From contig CAXXFF010000004.1 of NCBI GenBank assembly GCA_963676835.2, forward strand, positions 288,001 to 352,000: DNA of 64,000 bases, read 5' to 3'. A program made the position numbers and the translations under genes. Position 1 is the stretch's first letter, and every line of letters begins with the position of its first letter. Positions 29,699 through 40,361 of the stretch are shown piece after piece. The notes beneath the pieces are model-generated. The model was not told the origin of the DNA. It worked only from the letters and a program-made list of their open reading frames with translations, and did not search any database. Source of the DNA: Marispirochaeta sp. Lineage in GTDB: Bacteria; Spirochaetota; Spirochaetia; JC444; Marispirochaetaceae.

Positions 29699-30952
29699 AT
29701 GAGTTTTATCAGCCTTGACGATACCATATTCACTATTACCGAAAAATATCCCGAAACGGTGGATATTTTTGTCAGCCGGGGGTTTCCCGGCATGTCCGAC
29801 TACAACCAGCGGGCCGGCTACGGCAGGCTGCTGAGCCTCAGAAATGCCCTGAAAACCAAGGGACTGAATGAGGAGCTTTTTACCGGGCTTCTCAACGAAG
29901 CAGTGGAGAACCAGAGGGGAGCTGCGGATATAACCCTGGCCAAAATTAAACACACAAGCAGTTCTAAAGCGGTAAAGATTGCGGGGCTTCTCCCCTGCCC
30001 GGTGCGTATTCCCCTTATGGAGGAGTTCAGCCGCTTCAGCCCTGAATACGAAAAAGCCTCGGGCTTGAGTCTGAGTGCAGAGCTGAAAGCCGCCAGCAGC
30101 GGAACGGAATGGGTAAAGGAGCACCTGGATGGGGAAACATCGGAAGAGACTCTGCCGGATATCTTCATCTCCGCCGGCTTCGACCTCTTTTTTGACCGTA
30201 AAAGAATCGGCAGATTGCGGGAGCAGGGAGCCTTCAAAGACCTGCTTAAGTGGGATAAAGAAAACAGCAGCTTTGAAGGCCTGGATATCCGGGACCCCGA
30301 CGGAGTCTACTCAATTCTGGCCCTGGTGCCTGCGGTGTTTCTTGTTAACACCGGCGAACTCGGGAACAGGCCAATTCCAAAAACCTGGAAGGAGCTTCTG
30401 ACAGAAGATTTTTACGACTCCGTATCCCTGCCTGTGGGAGACTTCGATCTCTTCAATGCCATGCTTCTCTCCCTACGACAGAAGTACGGCGATGATGCCA
30501 TCCGCATGCTGGGCAGGGTTATGCAGCAGGCAATGCATCCTTCCCAGATGGTAAAGAGTGACAAAAAACAGGGAAAACGACCGGCGGTAACCATTATGCC
30601 CTACTTTTTCACCAAAACAGTCCGGGACGGGGGAGCCATGCAGGCTGTATGGCCCGAGGACGGTGCGGTAATAAGCCCTATTTTTATGCTTGCCAAGGCA
30701 GCCCGTCAGGAGGAACTGCAGCCTGCGGCGGACTTCTTCGGCTCCAGTAATATCGGGGAAATACTTGCCCGGCAGGGGCTGTTTCCCTCCCTGCATCCGG
30801 ATGTAGACAATATCCTTCCCGAGAAGAGTCCCGTTATGTGGCTGGGCTGGGATTACATAAAAAACCATGACCTCAGTGAGGAGATTACAAAAGCAGAAGC
30901 TCTCTTTAACAGCTTTACAAAAGTATCAGAAAAAGAGGAGTCGGTACGATGA
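29699..30952 (+). CDS. DUF1858-like N-terminus plus solute-binding-protein-like domain
   Basis: ITEKYPETVDIFV N-terminus; GLLPCPVR, WPEDGA; no signal peptide. Confidence 0.75.
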   Translation: MSFISLDDTIFTITEKYPETVDIFVSRGFPGMSDYNQRAGYGRLLSLRNALKTKGLNEELFTGLLNEAVENQRGAADITLAKIKHTSSSKAVKIAGLLPCPVRIPLMEEFSRFSPEYEKASGLSLSAELKAASSGTEWVKEHLDGETSEETLPDIFISAGFDLFFDRKRIGRLREQGAFKDLLKWDKENSSFEGLDIRDPDGVYSILALVPAVFLVNTGELGNRPIPKTWKELLTEDFYDSVSLPVGDFDLFNAMLLSLRQKYGDDAIRMLGRVMQQAMHPSQMVKSDKKQGKRPAVTIMPYFFTKTVRDGGAMQAVWPEDGAVISPIFMLAKAARQEELQPAADFFGSSNIGEILARQGLFPSLHPDVDNILPEKSPVMWLGWDYIKNHDLSEEITKAEALFNSFTKVSEKEESVR

Positions 30953-31650
30953 ATCTGGTAACAGTTTCCGGCCCGCCCTCTTCCGGAAAAACCGCGGTTA
31001 TTCTGAAAACAGCCGAGGCCCTGAGGCAGCAGGGAGTTCAGGTAGGGGTAGCCAAGTTTGACTGCCTCAGTACCGAAGACGATCAGCTCTATATAAAGGC
31101 GGGTATACCGGTACAGAAAGGACTCTCAGGGGCCCTCTGCCCGGACCACTACTTTGTCAGCAATATAGAGGAGGTTACCCAATGGGGGATAAAAGAGGGG
31201 CTGGATCTGCTCATCAGTGAGTCCGCCGGACTCTGCAACCGCTGTTCCCCTTATATAAAAGAGATCGGTGCGGTCTGCGTAATAGACAACCTGAGCGGAA
31301 TCAACACCCCGAAGAAGATCGGTCCCATGCTGAAAAGCGCGGATATTGTGGTCATAACCAAGGGAGACATTGTCTCCCAGGCGGAGCGGGAGGTCTTTGC
31401 CAGCAGGGTAGGCACGGTTAATCCCAGGGCCATGGTTATCCACGTTAACGGCCTTACCGGCCAGGGCGCCTTCGAACTGAGCACCCTTGTCTACGACAAG
31501 GAGAGCCGGGTAGAAACGGTAAAAGGCAGAGAGCTCCGCTTTCCCATGCCCTCAGCCCTCTGCTCCTACTGTCTGGGAGAAACCCGCATAGGCGAAGAGT
31601 TTCAGATGGGGAATGTCCGCAAGATTAAACTGGAGAAGAAGGATGACTGA
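30949..31650 (+). CDS. CobW/HypB/UreG-family GTPase
   Basis: GPPSSGKT, LCPDH, ESAGLCNRC, TKGD. Confidence 0.88.
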   Translation: MNLVTVSGPPSSGKTAVILKTAEALRQQGVQVGVAKFDCLSTEDDQLYIKAGIPVQKGLSGALCPDHYFVSNIEEVTQWGIKEGLDLLISESAGLCNRCSPYIKEIGAVCVIDNLSGINTPKKIGPMLKSADIVVITKGDIVSQAEREVFASRVGTVNPRAMVIHVNGLTGQGAFELSTLVYDKESRVETVKGRELRFPMPSALCSYCLGETRIGEEFQMGNVRKIKLEKKDD

Positions 31651-32674
31651 GATAGGCAGCCTTATAGAGAATACTCCTTTAAGCAACCTGGTGGAGAAGT
31701 ACCCATTTCTAACGGACTATCTTGAATCTCTGGGTATTCCAGTCGTAACAGATACCTCTCTTCCCCTGGTAAAACACCTGAACAGCCTGGGGGATGAATT
31801 TCTTGAAGACAAAGCCATTGATGTTGAAGAGACTCTCAACGGCACAGTCAGTTATATCGAACAGATGCTTGAGTTTCTCGGAATGAGCAATCACCGGCTG
31901 GCAGAGGAGATAACAATTCTGCCGGGCAAAAATAAATCCGGAGAACCTGAAGGCTTTGAAAGCCTGACTATCCGCCGGGGAGAGATAATCTCCATAGTAG
32001 GCCCCACGGGCTCGGGCAAGAGCAGACTGCTGGCTGACATAGAGTGGATGGCCCAGGGAGATACTCCCACGGGAAGACGAATTCTGGTGGACAGCAAAGA
32101 ACCGGATAAAAAGTGGCGCTTCTCAACATCGGATAAGTTGGTGGCCCAGCTCTCTCAGAATATGAACTTTGTGATGGATCTGACGGTGGAGGAGTTTCTT
32201 ACCCTCCATGCGGAGAGCCGGCTGGTTCAGAATACGGAGTCGGTGGTACAGACAATCTTCGAGAAAGCCAATGAACTGGCGGGTGAAGCTTTTACCCTGA
32301 ATACGGCTATTACCGCCCTGTCCGGCGGACAGTCCCGGGCATTGATGATTGCAGATACTGCCATACTCAGTAAATCGCCCATAGTGCTGATTGACGAGAT
32401 TGAGAACGCCGGAATCGACCGCAAGAAAGCCCTGGCGCTGCTGATATCGGAAGAGAAGATTGTTCTCATGGCAACCCACGACCCGCTGCTGGCCCTGATG
32501 GCGGACAGAAGAATAGTGATTCAACACGGCGGGATTCACCGCATTCTGGAAACCGGTGAGGATGAGCGGGGTGTGCTGTCTGAAATTGAAGCACTGGATA
32601 AAAAAGTTCAGAACCTGCGGGCAATGCTCAGAGCAGGAGAAAGTCTTAACCATACAGCCCTGAATGAGCTGTAA
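31643..32674 (+). CDS. ABC-type ATPase
   Basis: GPTGSGKS, LSGGQ, LIDEIEN. Confidence 0.88.
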   Translation: MTEIGSLIENTPLSNLVEKYPFLTDYLESLGIPVVTDTSLPLVKHLNSLGDEFLEDKAIDVEETLNGTVSYIEQMLEFLGMSNHRLAEEITILPGKNKSGEPEGFESLTIRRGEIISIVGPTGSGKSRLLADIEWMAQGDTPTGRRILVDSKEPDKKWRFSTSDKLVAQLSQNMNFVMDLTVEEFLTLHAESRLVQNTESVVQTIFEKANELAGEAFTLNTAITALSGGQSRALMIADTAILSKSPIVLIDEIENAGIDRKKALALLISEEKIVLMATHDPLLALMADRRIVIQHGGIHRILETGEDERGVLSEIEALDKKVQNLRAMLRAGESLNHTALNEL

Positions 32675-32689
32675 CACAAGGAGAATAGT

Positions 32690-32932
32690 ATGCACGATGG
32701 ATGTTCCGGCAGTTTTGAGTCCGGCAAGGCAGTAATAGATAAGGTACGAATGATGGGATTTTCCGACCAGCTTATGCCGATACCCCTGGAAATAGTCTGT
32801 ACCACCTGCAGCAAGCCGTTTATGATGGAGACATTTGAAGCGGTATGCCCGGAATGCGGGGCAGTGCACGGGGTTACTCCCTGTCATGCCTTTGACGCTT
32901 CCGGAGTAATGAATGCCGGAGTAGGTTATTGA
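32690..32932 (+). CDS. Small Cys/His-rich probable metal-binding protein
   Basis: HDGC, CTTC, CPEC, HGVTPCH; RBS AAGGAG. Confidence 0.78.
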   Translation: MHDGCSGSFESGKAVIDKVRMMGFSDQLMPIPLEIVCTTCSKPFMMETFEAVCPECGAVHGVTPCHAFDASGVMNAGVGY

Positions 32933-32936
32933 ACAT

Positions 32937-33923
32937 ATGCGGATTCTTTTTAACTCCTACCTGGCTCTGGAGTTTCCGGAGCAAGTAGAACAGTTACGGC
33001 GGCTCTTTCCTGAACACGAAATGGTGATTGCAGAAAGCGAGGCGGAAGTTTTTGAAAAGCTGCCGGATACGGACGTACTTATAGCTCATAAGGTTACGGA
33101 AGAACAGATAGCTGAAGCTGATAAGCTTCAGTGGGTTTTTATTCCCTACACCGGGGTAAATCTTATTCCCTTTACCTCTCTTCGGGACAAAGGTGTACAG
33201 GTAAGCAACAACCATGGAAACTCAATGGCGGTGGCCGAACGGGCGGTGGCCCTGGCCTTTGCAGCCTGCGGCAGGGTCCCGGAGTTTGATCAGGATCTCC
33301 GCAAAGGGAACTGGCACCGTACCGATGATCCCCGGCACCCTTTTGATTTCTGGACATCCCTGCTTAATAAAAAGATTTCAATTCTGGGCACCGGTGAAAT
33401 TGCCCGGTATATAGCAGCCTTTCTTGCTCCATTTACCCGGAACATCCTGGGCTTCCGGCGCAGGGAAGGCCAGCCTCTGCCTGAAGGCTTTTCCGCAGTA
33501 ACAAATGACCTGGCCGAGGCCATGGCTTATGGGGAAATCTGCTTTGTAACCCTGCCCCAGACAGAGTCAACCATAGGTCTTATACAGAAGCCGGAACTGG
33601 AACTGCTTAAGGGCGGTTTTCTCATCAATATCAGCCGGGGAAAGATTGTAGATGAAGAGGCGCTTTTCAATGCTCTTTCAAAGGGCCTTTTAAAAGGAGC
33701 CGGCATCGACGCCTGGTACCGCTACCCCAAGCCCTTTACCGCAGACACCCTGCCGGGAAATCTGCCTTTTCATACCCTGAAAAACGTGGTCCTCTCTCCC
33801 CATGCGGCAAGCCACACGGATGATGCCAAGTTACTCCAGTTTTCGGAAACCATGAGAAATCTTGAGCTCCTGCTTCGGACAGGAAAGCCTGAAAATATTG
33901 TCGACCCGGCATCGGGCTACTGA
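32937..33923 (+). CDS. D-isomer 2-hydroxyacid dehydrogenase
   Basis: LGTGEIA, INISRG, SPHAA. Confidence 0.9.
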   Translation: MRILFNSYLALEFPEQVEQLRRLFPEHEMVIAESEAEVFEKLPDTDVLIAHKVTEEQIAEADKLQWVFIPYTGVNLIPFTSLRDKGVQVSNNHGNSMAVAERAVALAFAACGRVPEFDQDLRKGNWHRTDDPRHPFDFWTSLLNKKISILGTGEIARYIAAFLAPFTRNILGFRRREGQPLPEGFSAVTNDLAEAMAYGEICFVTLPQTESTIGLIQKPELELLKGGFLINISRGKIVDEEALFNALSKGLLKGAGIDAWYRYPKPFTADTLPGNLPFHTLKNVVLSPHAASHTDDAKLLQFSETMRNLELLLRTGKPENIVDPASGY

Positions 33924-35506
33924 GAATCGGTTTTTGCCAGAGCCACAGACTTACCGCCTTTTTTAGCCCTTTTTTTTGCAGCATACATGGCCGTATCTGC
34001 GGCTGCCATAAGCTTGTCCGGGGTGTCGCCGTTTACAGGGAACAGGGCCACACCGATGGAGACACCCGGGACAGGGGCGTTTTCACCGATAATAACCGGT
34101 TCCCCCACGTATTGAGTAATCTTTTCCGCTACCCGTAGAGCATCCTCCGGGTCTTCAATATTACTGCAGAGAACAACAAACTCATCGCCCCCCATGCGGG
34201 CGGCAATGTCGGAAGAACGGATGGCAGAGACAACCCGCTGGCTGCTGGTAACCAGTACCTTGTCTCCTGCATCATGCCCAAGGGTGTCGTTTATATCCTT
34301 AAAGTTGTTCAGATCGAGAAACAGCAGGGCAAAACGGCCCTTACTGCGGCGGGCTATTTCGAGGATCTTTTCAAGATAGGAAAGAAAGTATGCCCGGTTG
34401 GGAAGCTTGGTGAGAGTATCCTGGGATGCCATCTGCTGTAGCTGATACTCGATCTGCTTCCGGGCACTTATATCCTGGGCAACAAAGACGGTACCCACCG
34501 CATTCCGGGGGCTGTCATATAGATCTGAAGCCCTGACAATAACCGTATGAGGATGATCCTGAGCGTCCTTCCAGGAAACCTCAAGCCCCGATTGAGTCCG
34601 TAAAACCGGAGCATCGATGTCGAGACTGCAGAGCCAGGGAACCGCCTCCAAGCGCTGATTAATCAGGCTGGGATAAGGCAGATCGTTAATGGTATGGGCA
34701 AATCTATTGGCAAGCCGGACAAACCTGCTCTGGTCAACCACAACCACGGCGCCCCTCATGGTTTCAAGCACCGGAACCGCAACATTTTCCGCTGCAATAT
34801 CCACCAGTCGAAACCGCATAATCGCATAGCCCATGAGGGTAACATAGACCGTCATGGGGAGATATCCGAAGGCATAGACATCAACACCAATGGTAGGCAG
34901 GAAATCCACAGCACCGAACAAGCCTATACCCAGGGCGGACGAGGAGATAACCATTCTCTGCCGCTGCATGGGATCTTCCGATCCACGGTACTCCAGAATA
35001 AAGTTCAGAAGTACCGCCGACATTACCAGAGCAAAGTAGAGCAGAAAAAGCTGTCCCATGCTGCCAAAAACCGGAAACCAGCCCCAGAACATCTGCTTTA
35101 CTCCGGTAATATGAAAATGTCCGGATAGAAGAGATACGGCAAAAACGGTGGAAACAACAAACAGGATTTTCCTCCACCTGAGCAGGACCGGAGTCTCCCC
35201 GAGAAGAACCCCGGTGGTGGCAAGGACGGAATGGGGCAGATAGACCGTCCCGATGTTTGCAATGACAAACCAGGCATAGGCGCCTTCCGGACTGCGGTTC
35301 ATATAACCGAGAGCTGCCCCTGTAAGGTAGAGAGAAAGACAGAGGGAAAACATAAGGTACTTGAATATGCTTGAGTTTGCATTTTTTTGTGCATAGATAT
35401 AGAAAGCAAGCCCCGCTGTATACAGGCCGGCAGCAAGAACCGGAATGGCCCAGGGATTGGGATAGAGATCCGCAAAATTTGATAAATAATAGAGAATAAC
35501 CTTCAC
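33917..35506 (-). CDS. Diguanylate cyclase with N-terminal 7TM sensor and PAS-like region
   Basis: DTLTKLPNR, RMGGDEF. Confidence 0.9.
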   Translation of the reverse strand: MKVILYYLSNFADLYPNPWAIPVLAAGLYTAGLAFYIYAQKNANSSIFKYLMFSLCLSLYLTGAALGYMNRSPEGAYAWFVIANIGTVYLPHSVLATTGVLLGETPVLLRWRKILFVVSTVFAVSLLSGHFHITGVKQMFWGWFPVFGSMGQLFLLYFALVMSAVLLNFILEYRGSEDPMQRQRMVISSSALGIGLFGAVDFLPTIGVDVYAFGYLPMTVYVTLMGYAIMRFRLVDIAAENVAVPVLETMRGAVVVVDQSRFVRLANRFAHTINDLPYPSLINQRLEAVPWLCSLDIDAPVLRTQSGLEVSWKDAQDHPHTVIVRASDLYDSPRNAVGTVFVAQDISARKQIEYQLQQMASQDTLTKLPNRAYFLSYLEKILEIARRSKGRFALLFLDLNNFKDINDTLGHDAGDKVLVTSSQRVVSAIRSSDIAARMGGDEFVVLCSNIEDPEDALRVAEKITQYVGEPVIIGENAPVPGVSIGVALFPVNGDTPDKLMAAADTAMYAAKKRAKKGGKSVALAKTDSQ

Positions 35507-35666
35507 CAGTCTTTCCTGTCGGTACTGCTCCCTGTCCCCTAAGTATTAACCCTGAAAAAGAGAAAGTCAAAGATGCTTGCTATTTGCTATTTTTGCAGCA
35601 AAGATACTAATCTTTATAGCAGTGGTCAGGATGGCAGATAGGGCCGGAATGCAAAGAGGAGAAAAA

Positions 35667-36179
35667 ATGGAAAATCAGGAACATAACTATGACAGGGATT
35701 ACCGGATTGCAAAGCTGATTGCCATGGCCCATTTCGGCAGCTCAGCCGTGCTTATTGCTGTTGCAGAGCTGCTGCGGAGAGGAGCTTTTGCCGCCCCACT
35801 CTCTCCTCTATTTGAAGGATCAACCTTAAGCTTAATACGCATTATTTTTTATGCTCTTGCGGCGGCAATTATTCTTGCAGCGGTACTGTTAAAACTGGCC
35901 ATACGCAATCCCGAAGACAGCCTCTTCAGCCGGCCGCTGAAATTTCTGATCCGCCAGGCCCGGTCCCACCGGAACACATCCGCGGTGGCCATGCTGATTC
36001 CGCCTTCGGCCATGGGTGAGGCATGTGTTGTCCTGGGTTTTGTACTGTTTATCCTGTCCGGAGGCCTGCGGCCGGACCTCTATATTTTTGGAAGCTCAGG
36101 GCTTGCTGCAATGATACTTCTGTTTCCCACGGAAGAAGAGAAACGGAACCTTGTACGCCTCGATCGGGAGCAGGAATAG
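35667..36179 (+). CDS. Hypothetical membrane protein
   Basis: RBS AGAGGAG, 4 hydrophobic segments. Confidence 0.65.
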   Translation: MENQEHNYDRDYRIAKLIAMAHFGSSAVLIAVAELLRRGAFAAPLSPLFEGSTLSLIRIIFYALAAAIILAAVLLKLAIRNPEDSLFSRPLKFLIRQARSHRNTSAVAMLIPPSAMGEACVVLGFVLFILSGGLRPDLYIFGSSGLAAMILLFPTEEEKRNLVRLDREQE

Positions 36180-36184
36180 AACAA

Positions 36185-36333
36185 GGGCACTTCTAAAAAC
36201 GTGGTATTTTTACCATAGCCTAGGAGGATAGATTTTATAGCGCCCACAAACTCTTGTGGTAACAAGAGTTGAGGACCGCGGGAAATCTTGACGACGCAGG
36301 ATATGGAGAAAAGAGTAGTTTTTAGAGGTGCCC
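36185..36333. mobile_element. 149-bp MITE
   Basis: 16-bp terminal IRs GGGCACTTCTAAAAAC / GTTTTTAGAGGTGCCC (1 mismatch) flanked by ACAA direct repeats. Confidence 0.85.
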
Positions 36334-36369
36334 ACAAACCAGAATAAGGTTAGTATATCGAGGCGTTAG

Positions 36370-37215
36370 TCAGCCTATTCCCATAAGTGCCACGCCGGCT
36401 GCGGCGGCAAGCAGCCCTGCCCAGCGCAGGGGATGAACCGCTTCTTTGTTTATCAGCCGAGCCAGCAGAACCGTCGGTGCAGGATAGACCGAGGTGACTG
36501 CGGTAACCAGTATAATCATACCGCTCTGCACGGCCAGCATAAATGCTATGTTTGCAGCCATATCCAGCACACCTGCAATAAGGGTCGGGACCATACCGGG
36601 TCCTCTCCCGACAAGAAGCTTCTTTCCCCTGACAGCACTGAAGGTACCTACTAACAGCAGGGAAGCAACTCGAGCCCCTGCCAGCGGCCAGAGTCCCGCT
36701 TCAGAACTTGTTCTGGAGATGATTATAAAAAACAAGCCGAAGCCAAGCCCCGCATACAGTCCGTAGAGAAATGCCTGCAGTCTCTGTTTTGGCGTTGTTT
36801 TCGCATCTGCATGCTCATAGCCCAGCAGGACCACCGCGGGCAGGATACAGGCTACCCCGGCCCAGCCGGTGCCGCCGATACTGTCACCGATAAGCAGACC
36901 GAAGCCAAGGGGGAGTACTGCTCCTGCCAGGGCCGCCACGGGGGAAACAATGGAAACCACGCTGTTGGCAAGCCCGGCATAGAGAAAAAGGATTCCCCCT
37001 GCTCCGGCAAGCCCGGCACCGGCACCCCAGAAAAGATCTTCAATACGGGGAACTCCGGTAAAAAGCAGCGGCCCCGCAAGCAGCACCAGTACAAGACCGC
37101 AGATCTGGGAAGAAAAGAGTACTGCACCTACCGGCTTGGTTCTGGAAGCGTATCCCCCGGAGAAATCACTGACACCGAAAAAGAATGCCGACGAAAGGGC
37201 AAGAAAGAAAACCAC
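36370..37215 (-). CDS. DMT/EamA transporter
   Basis: About 10 TM helices, GVSDFSGG, SVYPAPTVLLA. Confidence 0.88.
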   Translation of the reverse strand: MVFFLALSSAFFFGVSDFSGGYASRTKPVGAVLFSSQICGLVLVLLAGPLLFTGVPRIEDLFWGAGAGLAGAGGILFLYAGLANSVVSIVSPVAALAGAVLPLGFGLLIGDSIGGTGWAGVACILPAVVLLGYEHADAKTTPKQRLQAFLYGLYAGLGFGLFFIIISRTSSEAGLWPLAGARVASLLLVGTFSAVRGKKLLVGRGPGMVPTLIAGVLDMAANIAFMLAVQSGMIILVTAVTSVYPAPTVLLARLINKEAVHPLRWAGLLAAAAGVALMGIG

Positions 37216-37259
37216 CTGCTTATACCATCACCTTGTGCTTTGATCTTAACACGTCAATC

Positions 37260-40200
37260 TTATACAGCCGCTTTGGGCCGTGGAATAACTGAAAGTATGG
37301 CAGGTATGACAAAAAGGGTGAACAGGGTAGAGATGAAGAGCCCCCCCGAGACCGCAATTCCCAGGGGCTGTACGATATTTGAGCCCTCCCCCATACCGAT
37401 GGCCAGGGGCAGCATACCTAAAATGGTAGTCAGCATGGTTATCAGAATCGGCGGAAAGCGCAGACGGGCAGCTTTGAGTACCGCCTCCAGGGGGGAGTCC
37501 ATGGTATCCGCCATACGCAGGTAGAAATCAATCATGATAATCGCATTATTCACCACAATACCTGCAAGCAGGATATTTCCCAGAAGAGAGTTCAGGCTGA
37601 GGGTGGAATGGAAAAAATAGAGGCTCAGGACCACCCCGATAAAGCCCAGAGGAACGGTGACCAGAATTACCAGGGGCAGTCTGAGGGAATTGAACTGCAT
37701 TGCCAGCACCAGAAAAATAAGGGCTACAGATGCGGCAAGAGCAATAAAGAGAGAGCTGATAGCCTCATCGAGCTCCTCCTGGGGATTGTCGAACACCATG
37801 GAATAGCCCGGGGGTATCTCTATTTTCTCCGCAGCGAGGTCCCTGATCTGCTGCTCATAAACCAGGCGCTCCGCCGCGGGAGTACCGCTGGGCATGCGGG
37901 CATATACCCGGAAGATATGTTCGCCGTTTTCGCTGGCAATACCTGCAACACCGGTACCCCGGGAAAAATCGAAAAAGTGCTTTAAAGGGACGATCCCCTG
38001 ATCGGTATAGATGAGAAAATCTTCAAGCTCTTCGATGGAATCAAGCTGTTCATCGGGGAACTGCGCGGAAACACTGATGGAATCCTGATCATCCTCAAAC
38101 TCCAGAGATGCGGTCCCCCTGAGGATTCTGCCCAGAAGGGTTGTCAGCTGGGATGCGGACAGTCCACTGAAACCCTGAATAACCTCCGTCCGGGCAGTAA
38201 TGGCCAGGTGATTGCTTAAGCCCGTAGGCGGATCGGTAAAAACCCGGCCGTAAAGATCGGAATCGTTAACCAGGTCGCGGATCCGCTCTAAAAGCTGCAC
38301 AATCACCTTTTCGTCGGCCCCATGAACACTTATCTGCAGATCGTTGGTTCTGGGCAGCGGCAGCTGCGCGGGATCCCACATATCAACATTGAAATAGAAG
38401 CTGTTGTCGCTTACCAGGGCTTTCTCAAGCCGGCCGAGAACATCCTCGGCGAAACCTGCATCGGCAAGATCAACAAACATAATATTGAAGCGCCCGGAAA
38501 CAAGGGCAAAGGTCTCCTTCACCGCATCTCCTCCCGCCTCATGGATACGCCTGTCCAGGCCGGGAACAACGTCTTCAACTAACTCAACCCGGTCGGTAAT
38601 TTCCGTGGAGCGGAAAAACACGACAATCCTGCTGCTCACCGGAGGTGACAGAATCTCCCGGGGAATACGGGGCAGCAGGGTAATTACCACCAGCACCAGA
38701 CAGGAGAAGGAGAATAACACAACCAGTACAGCCCGGAGCCTGGTGCGGATAAGTACCCGGAGAGCGGAGCTGTAGGAACGGATAAGGCCGTTCATAAAGG
38801 CCAGGCTAAGGCGGGTCAGCCCCCTTGGTTTAACCGATTCATTGCCGGTCTTCAAAGGGTGAACCCTATAGGCAACCAGAGGAATAAGGGTCAGGGATAT
38901 GAGCAGGGCGAAAACCAGGGCAAAGATAACCGTGCTGGCCTGATCACCCAGAATCGCATTGGTCAGGGGAGCGGTAAAGGAGATAGGCAGAAATACCAGA
39001 ATGGTTGTAAGGGTGGATGCGAAAACCGGGGCGGCCACTTCTGCAACGGAGGTGACTATCACAGACCGCAGACCGGTCCGGTCCGGGATAAGCCCTGCCT
39101 CCCCGTAATGGCGGTGGATATTCTCGAGCACAACGATAGAGGGATCAATGACCATCCCCACCGCAAGGGCAATTCCTCCCAGAGATATAAGGTTGAGACT
39201 TACATCGAAGAGATACATAAGAATAAACGAAAGGATCAGGGTGGCGGGAATGGAAATCCCGATAAGGATGGTGTTTCTCAGCTCCCCCAGGGTAAACAGC
39301 ACTATCATCATGGCAAGGAAGGCCCCAAGCAGCGCGGCGGTTATAACATTGCGGATGGAACGGTTTATATAGTGGGCAGGGTCTACATAGAGCTGAAAAC
39401 GGGTATCCTCCGGAAGCACCCCGGAAACAACTGATTCATCGAGAATGGCAAGAATATCCCGGGACATCTGCCGTATGTTGCCGCCGTCCAGGGGCGTACC
39501 ATTAATACGCACCGCAGGCTCTCCGCCGATAACCAGGGCCTGACCCGGCAGGGTATAGCGTATTTCAATATCCGCAATATCCGCCAGACGGATAACCGCA
39601 TTTCCCCGCTCGGTAATAATCAGGTCCTTGAGATCGTAGATTCCCGAGGTATCAGTGATAAACCTGACAGCGAAATCCTGGCCCGAATCCTCAATATTTC
39701 CCAGCGGTTTCGGAAGGTAACCGGTCCTGAAGGCGGTATCAACATCGGAGATTGTCAGCCCGTAGGCGAGCAGAGCCTCCTGCCGCAGCCTGACATCCAC
39801 CTCGCGGTCTTCAATATTTACAATTTCAACACTTTCGGCATCTTCAACCTGAGAAAGCCGGGTTTCCAGGGACCCTTTCAGCAGGGAATACAAGGCCCTG
39901 GGAGCAACACTGGGAGAACTTATGCCCAGGAGCAGAAATCCGGCGTTTTCCCCGGTAAAGAAGCGCACCGTATAGTTATCCCGGATCTCCTCGGGCAGCT
40001 GACTTCTGAGGGTTATCATGGCGGATTCAACATCGGCCTTGGCGGTGTCGCTGTCAACATCCCAGTCGAAGGTAAGCCGGAAATCACTGGCATCACTGCG
40101 GTATTCCACCTCCTGTGAGGCGATTCCCTGAATACTTAAAAGCTGGGATTCAACCTCGTCTCCGTACTGGCGGGAGAAATCTACGGCGGAATAGCCGGTA

Positions 40201-40361
40201 TGCTGAATGCGCACGTTAACTCTGGGACGCTGGGTCTGAGGGTAGAGCTGCACCGGCAGCCGTATAACCAGATAGATGCCCAGGGCGCAGAGAAGCAGAA
40301 ATGCGAAGGTAAATACCTTCTGACGCTTGAAGATCTGATTAATGGCGTTCTGATTAAGCAT
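37260..40361 (-). CDS. RND efflux permease
   Basis: 1033 aa; LNLISLGG, GIVVNNAI, PLGIAVSGGL. Confidence 0.92.
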   Translation of the reverse strand: MLNQNAINQIFKRQKVFTFAFLLLCALGIYLVIRLPVQLYPQTQRPRVNVRIQHTGYSAVDFSRQYGDEVESQLLSIQGIASQEVEYRSDASDFRLTFDWDVDSDTAKADVESAMITLRSQLPEEIRDNYTVRFFTGENAGFLLLGISSPSVAPRALYSLLKGSLETRLSQVEDAESVEIVNIEDREVDVRLRQEALLAYGLTISDVDTAFRTGYLPKPLGNIEDSGQDFAVRFITDTSGIYDLKDLIITERGNAVIRLADIADIEIRYTLPGQALVIGGEPAVRINGTPLDGGNIRQMSRDILAILDESVVSGVLPEDTRFQLYVDPAHYINRSIRNVITAALLGAFLAMMIVLFTLGELRNTILIGISIPATLILSFILMYLFDVSLNLISLGGIALAVGMVIDPSIVVLENIHRHYGEAGLIPDRTGLRSVIVTSVAEVAAPVFASTLTTILVFLPISFTAPLTNAILGDQASTVIFALVFALLISLTLIPLVAYRVHPLKTGNESVKPRGLTRLSLAFMNGLIRSYSSALRVLIRTRLRAVLVVLFSFSCLVLVVITLLPRIPREILSPPVSSRIVVFFRSTEITDRVELVEDVVPGLDRRIHEAGGDAVKETFALVSGRFNIMFVDLADAGFAEDVLGRLEKALVSDNSFYFNVDMWDPAQLPLPRTNDLQISVHGADEKVIVQLLERIRDLVNDSDLYGRVFTDPPTGLSNHLAITARTEVIQGFSGLSASQLTTLLGRILRGTASLEFEDDQDSISVSAQFPDEQLDSIEELEDFLIYTDQGIVPLKHFFDFSRGTGVAGIASENGEHIFRVYARMPSGTPAAERLVYEQQIRDLAAEKIEIPPGYSMVFDNPQEELDEAISSLFIALAASVALIFLVLAMQFNSLRLPLVILVTVPLGFIGVVLSLYFFHSTLSLNSLLGNILLAGIVVNNAIIMIDFYLRMADTMDSPLEAVLKAARLRFPPILITMLTTILGMLPLAIGMGEGSNIVQPLGIAVSGGLFISTLFTLFVIPAILSVIPRPKAAV

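Noticed and set aside
29699..32932. Membership of this operon in the RiPP cluster
   Set aside because: Divergent, no RRE or peptide-modifying motifs; only adjacency supports it.
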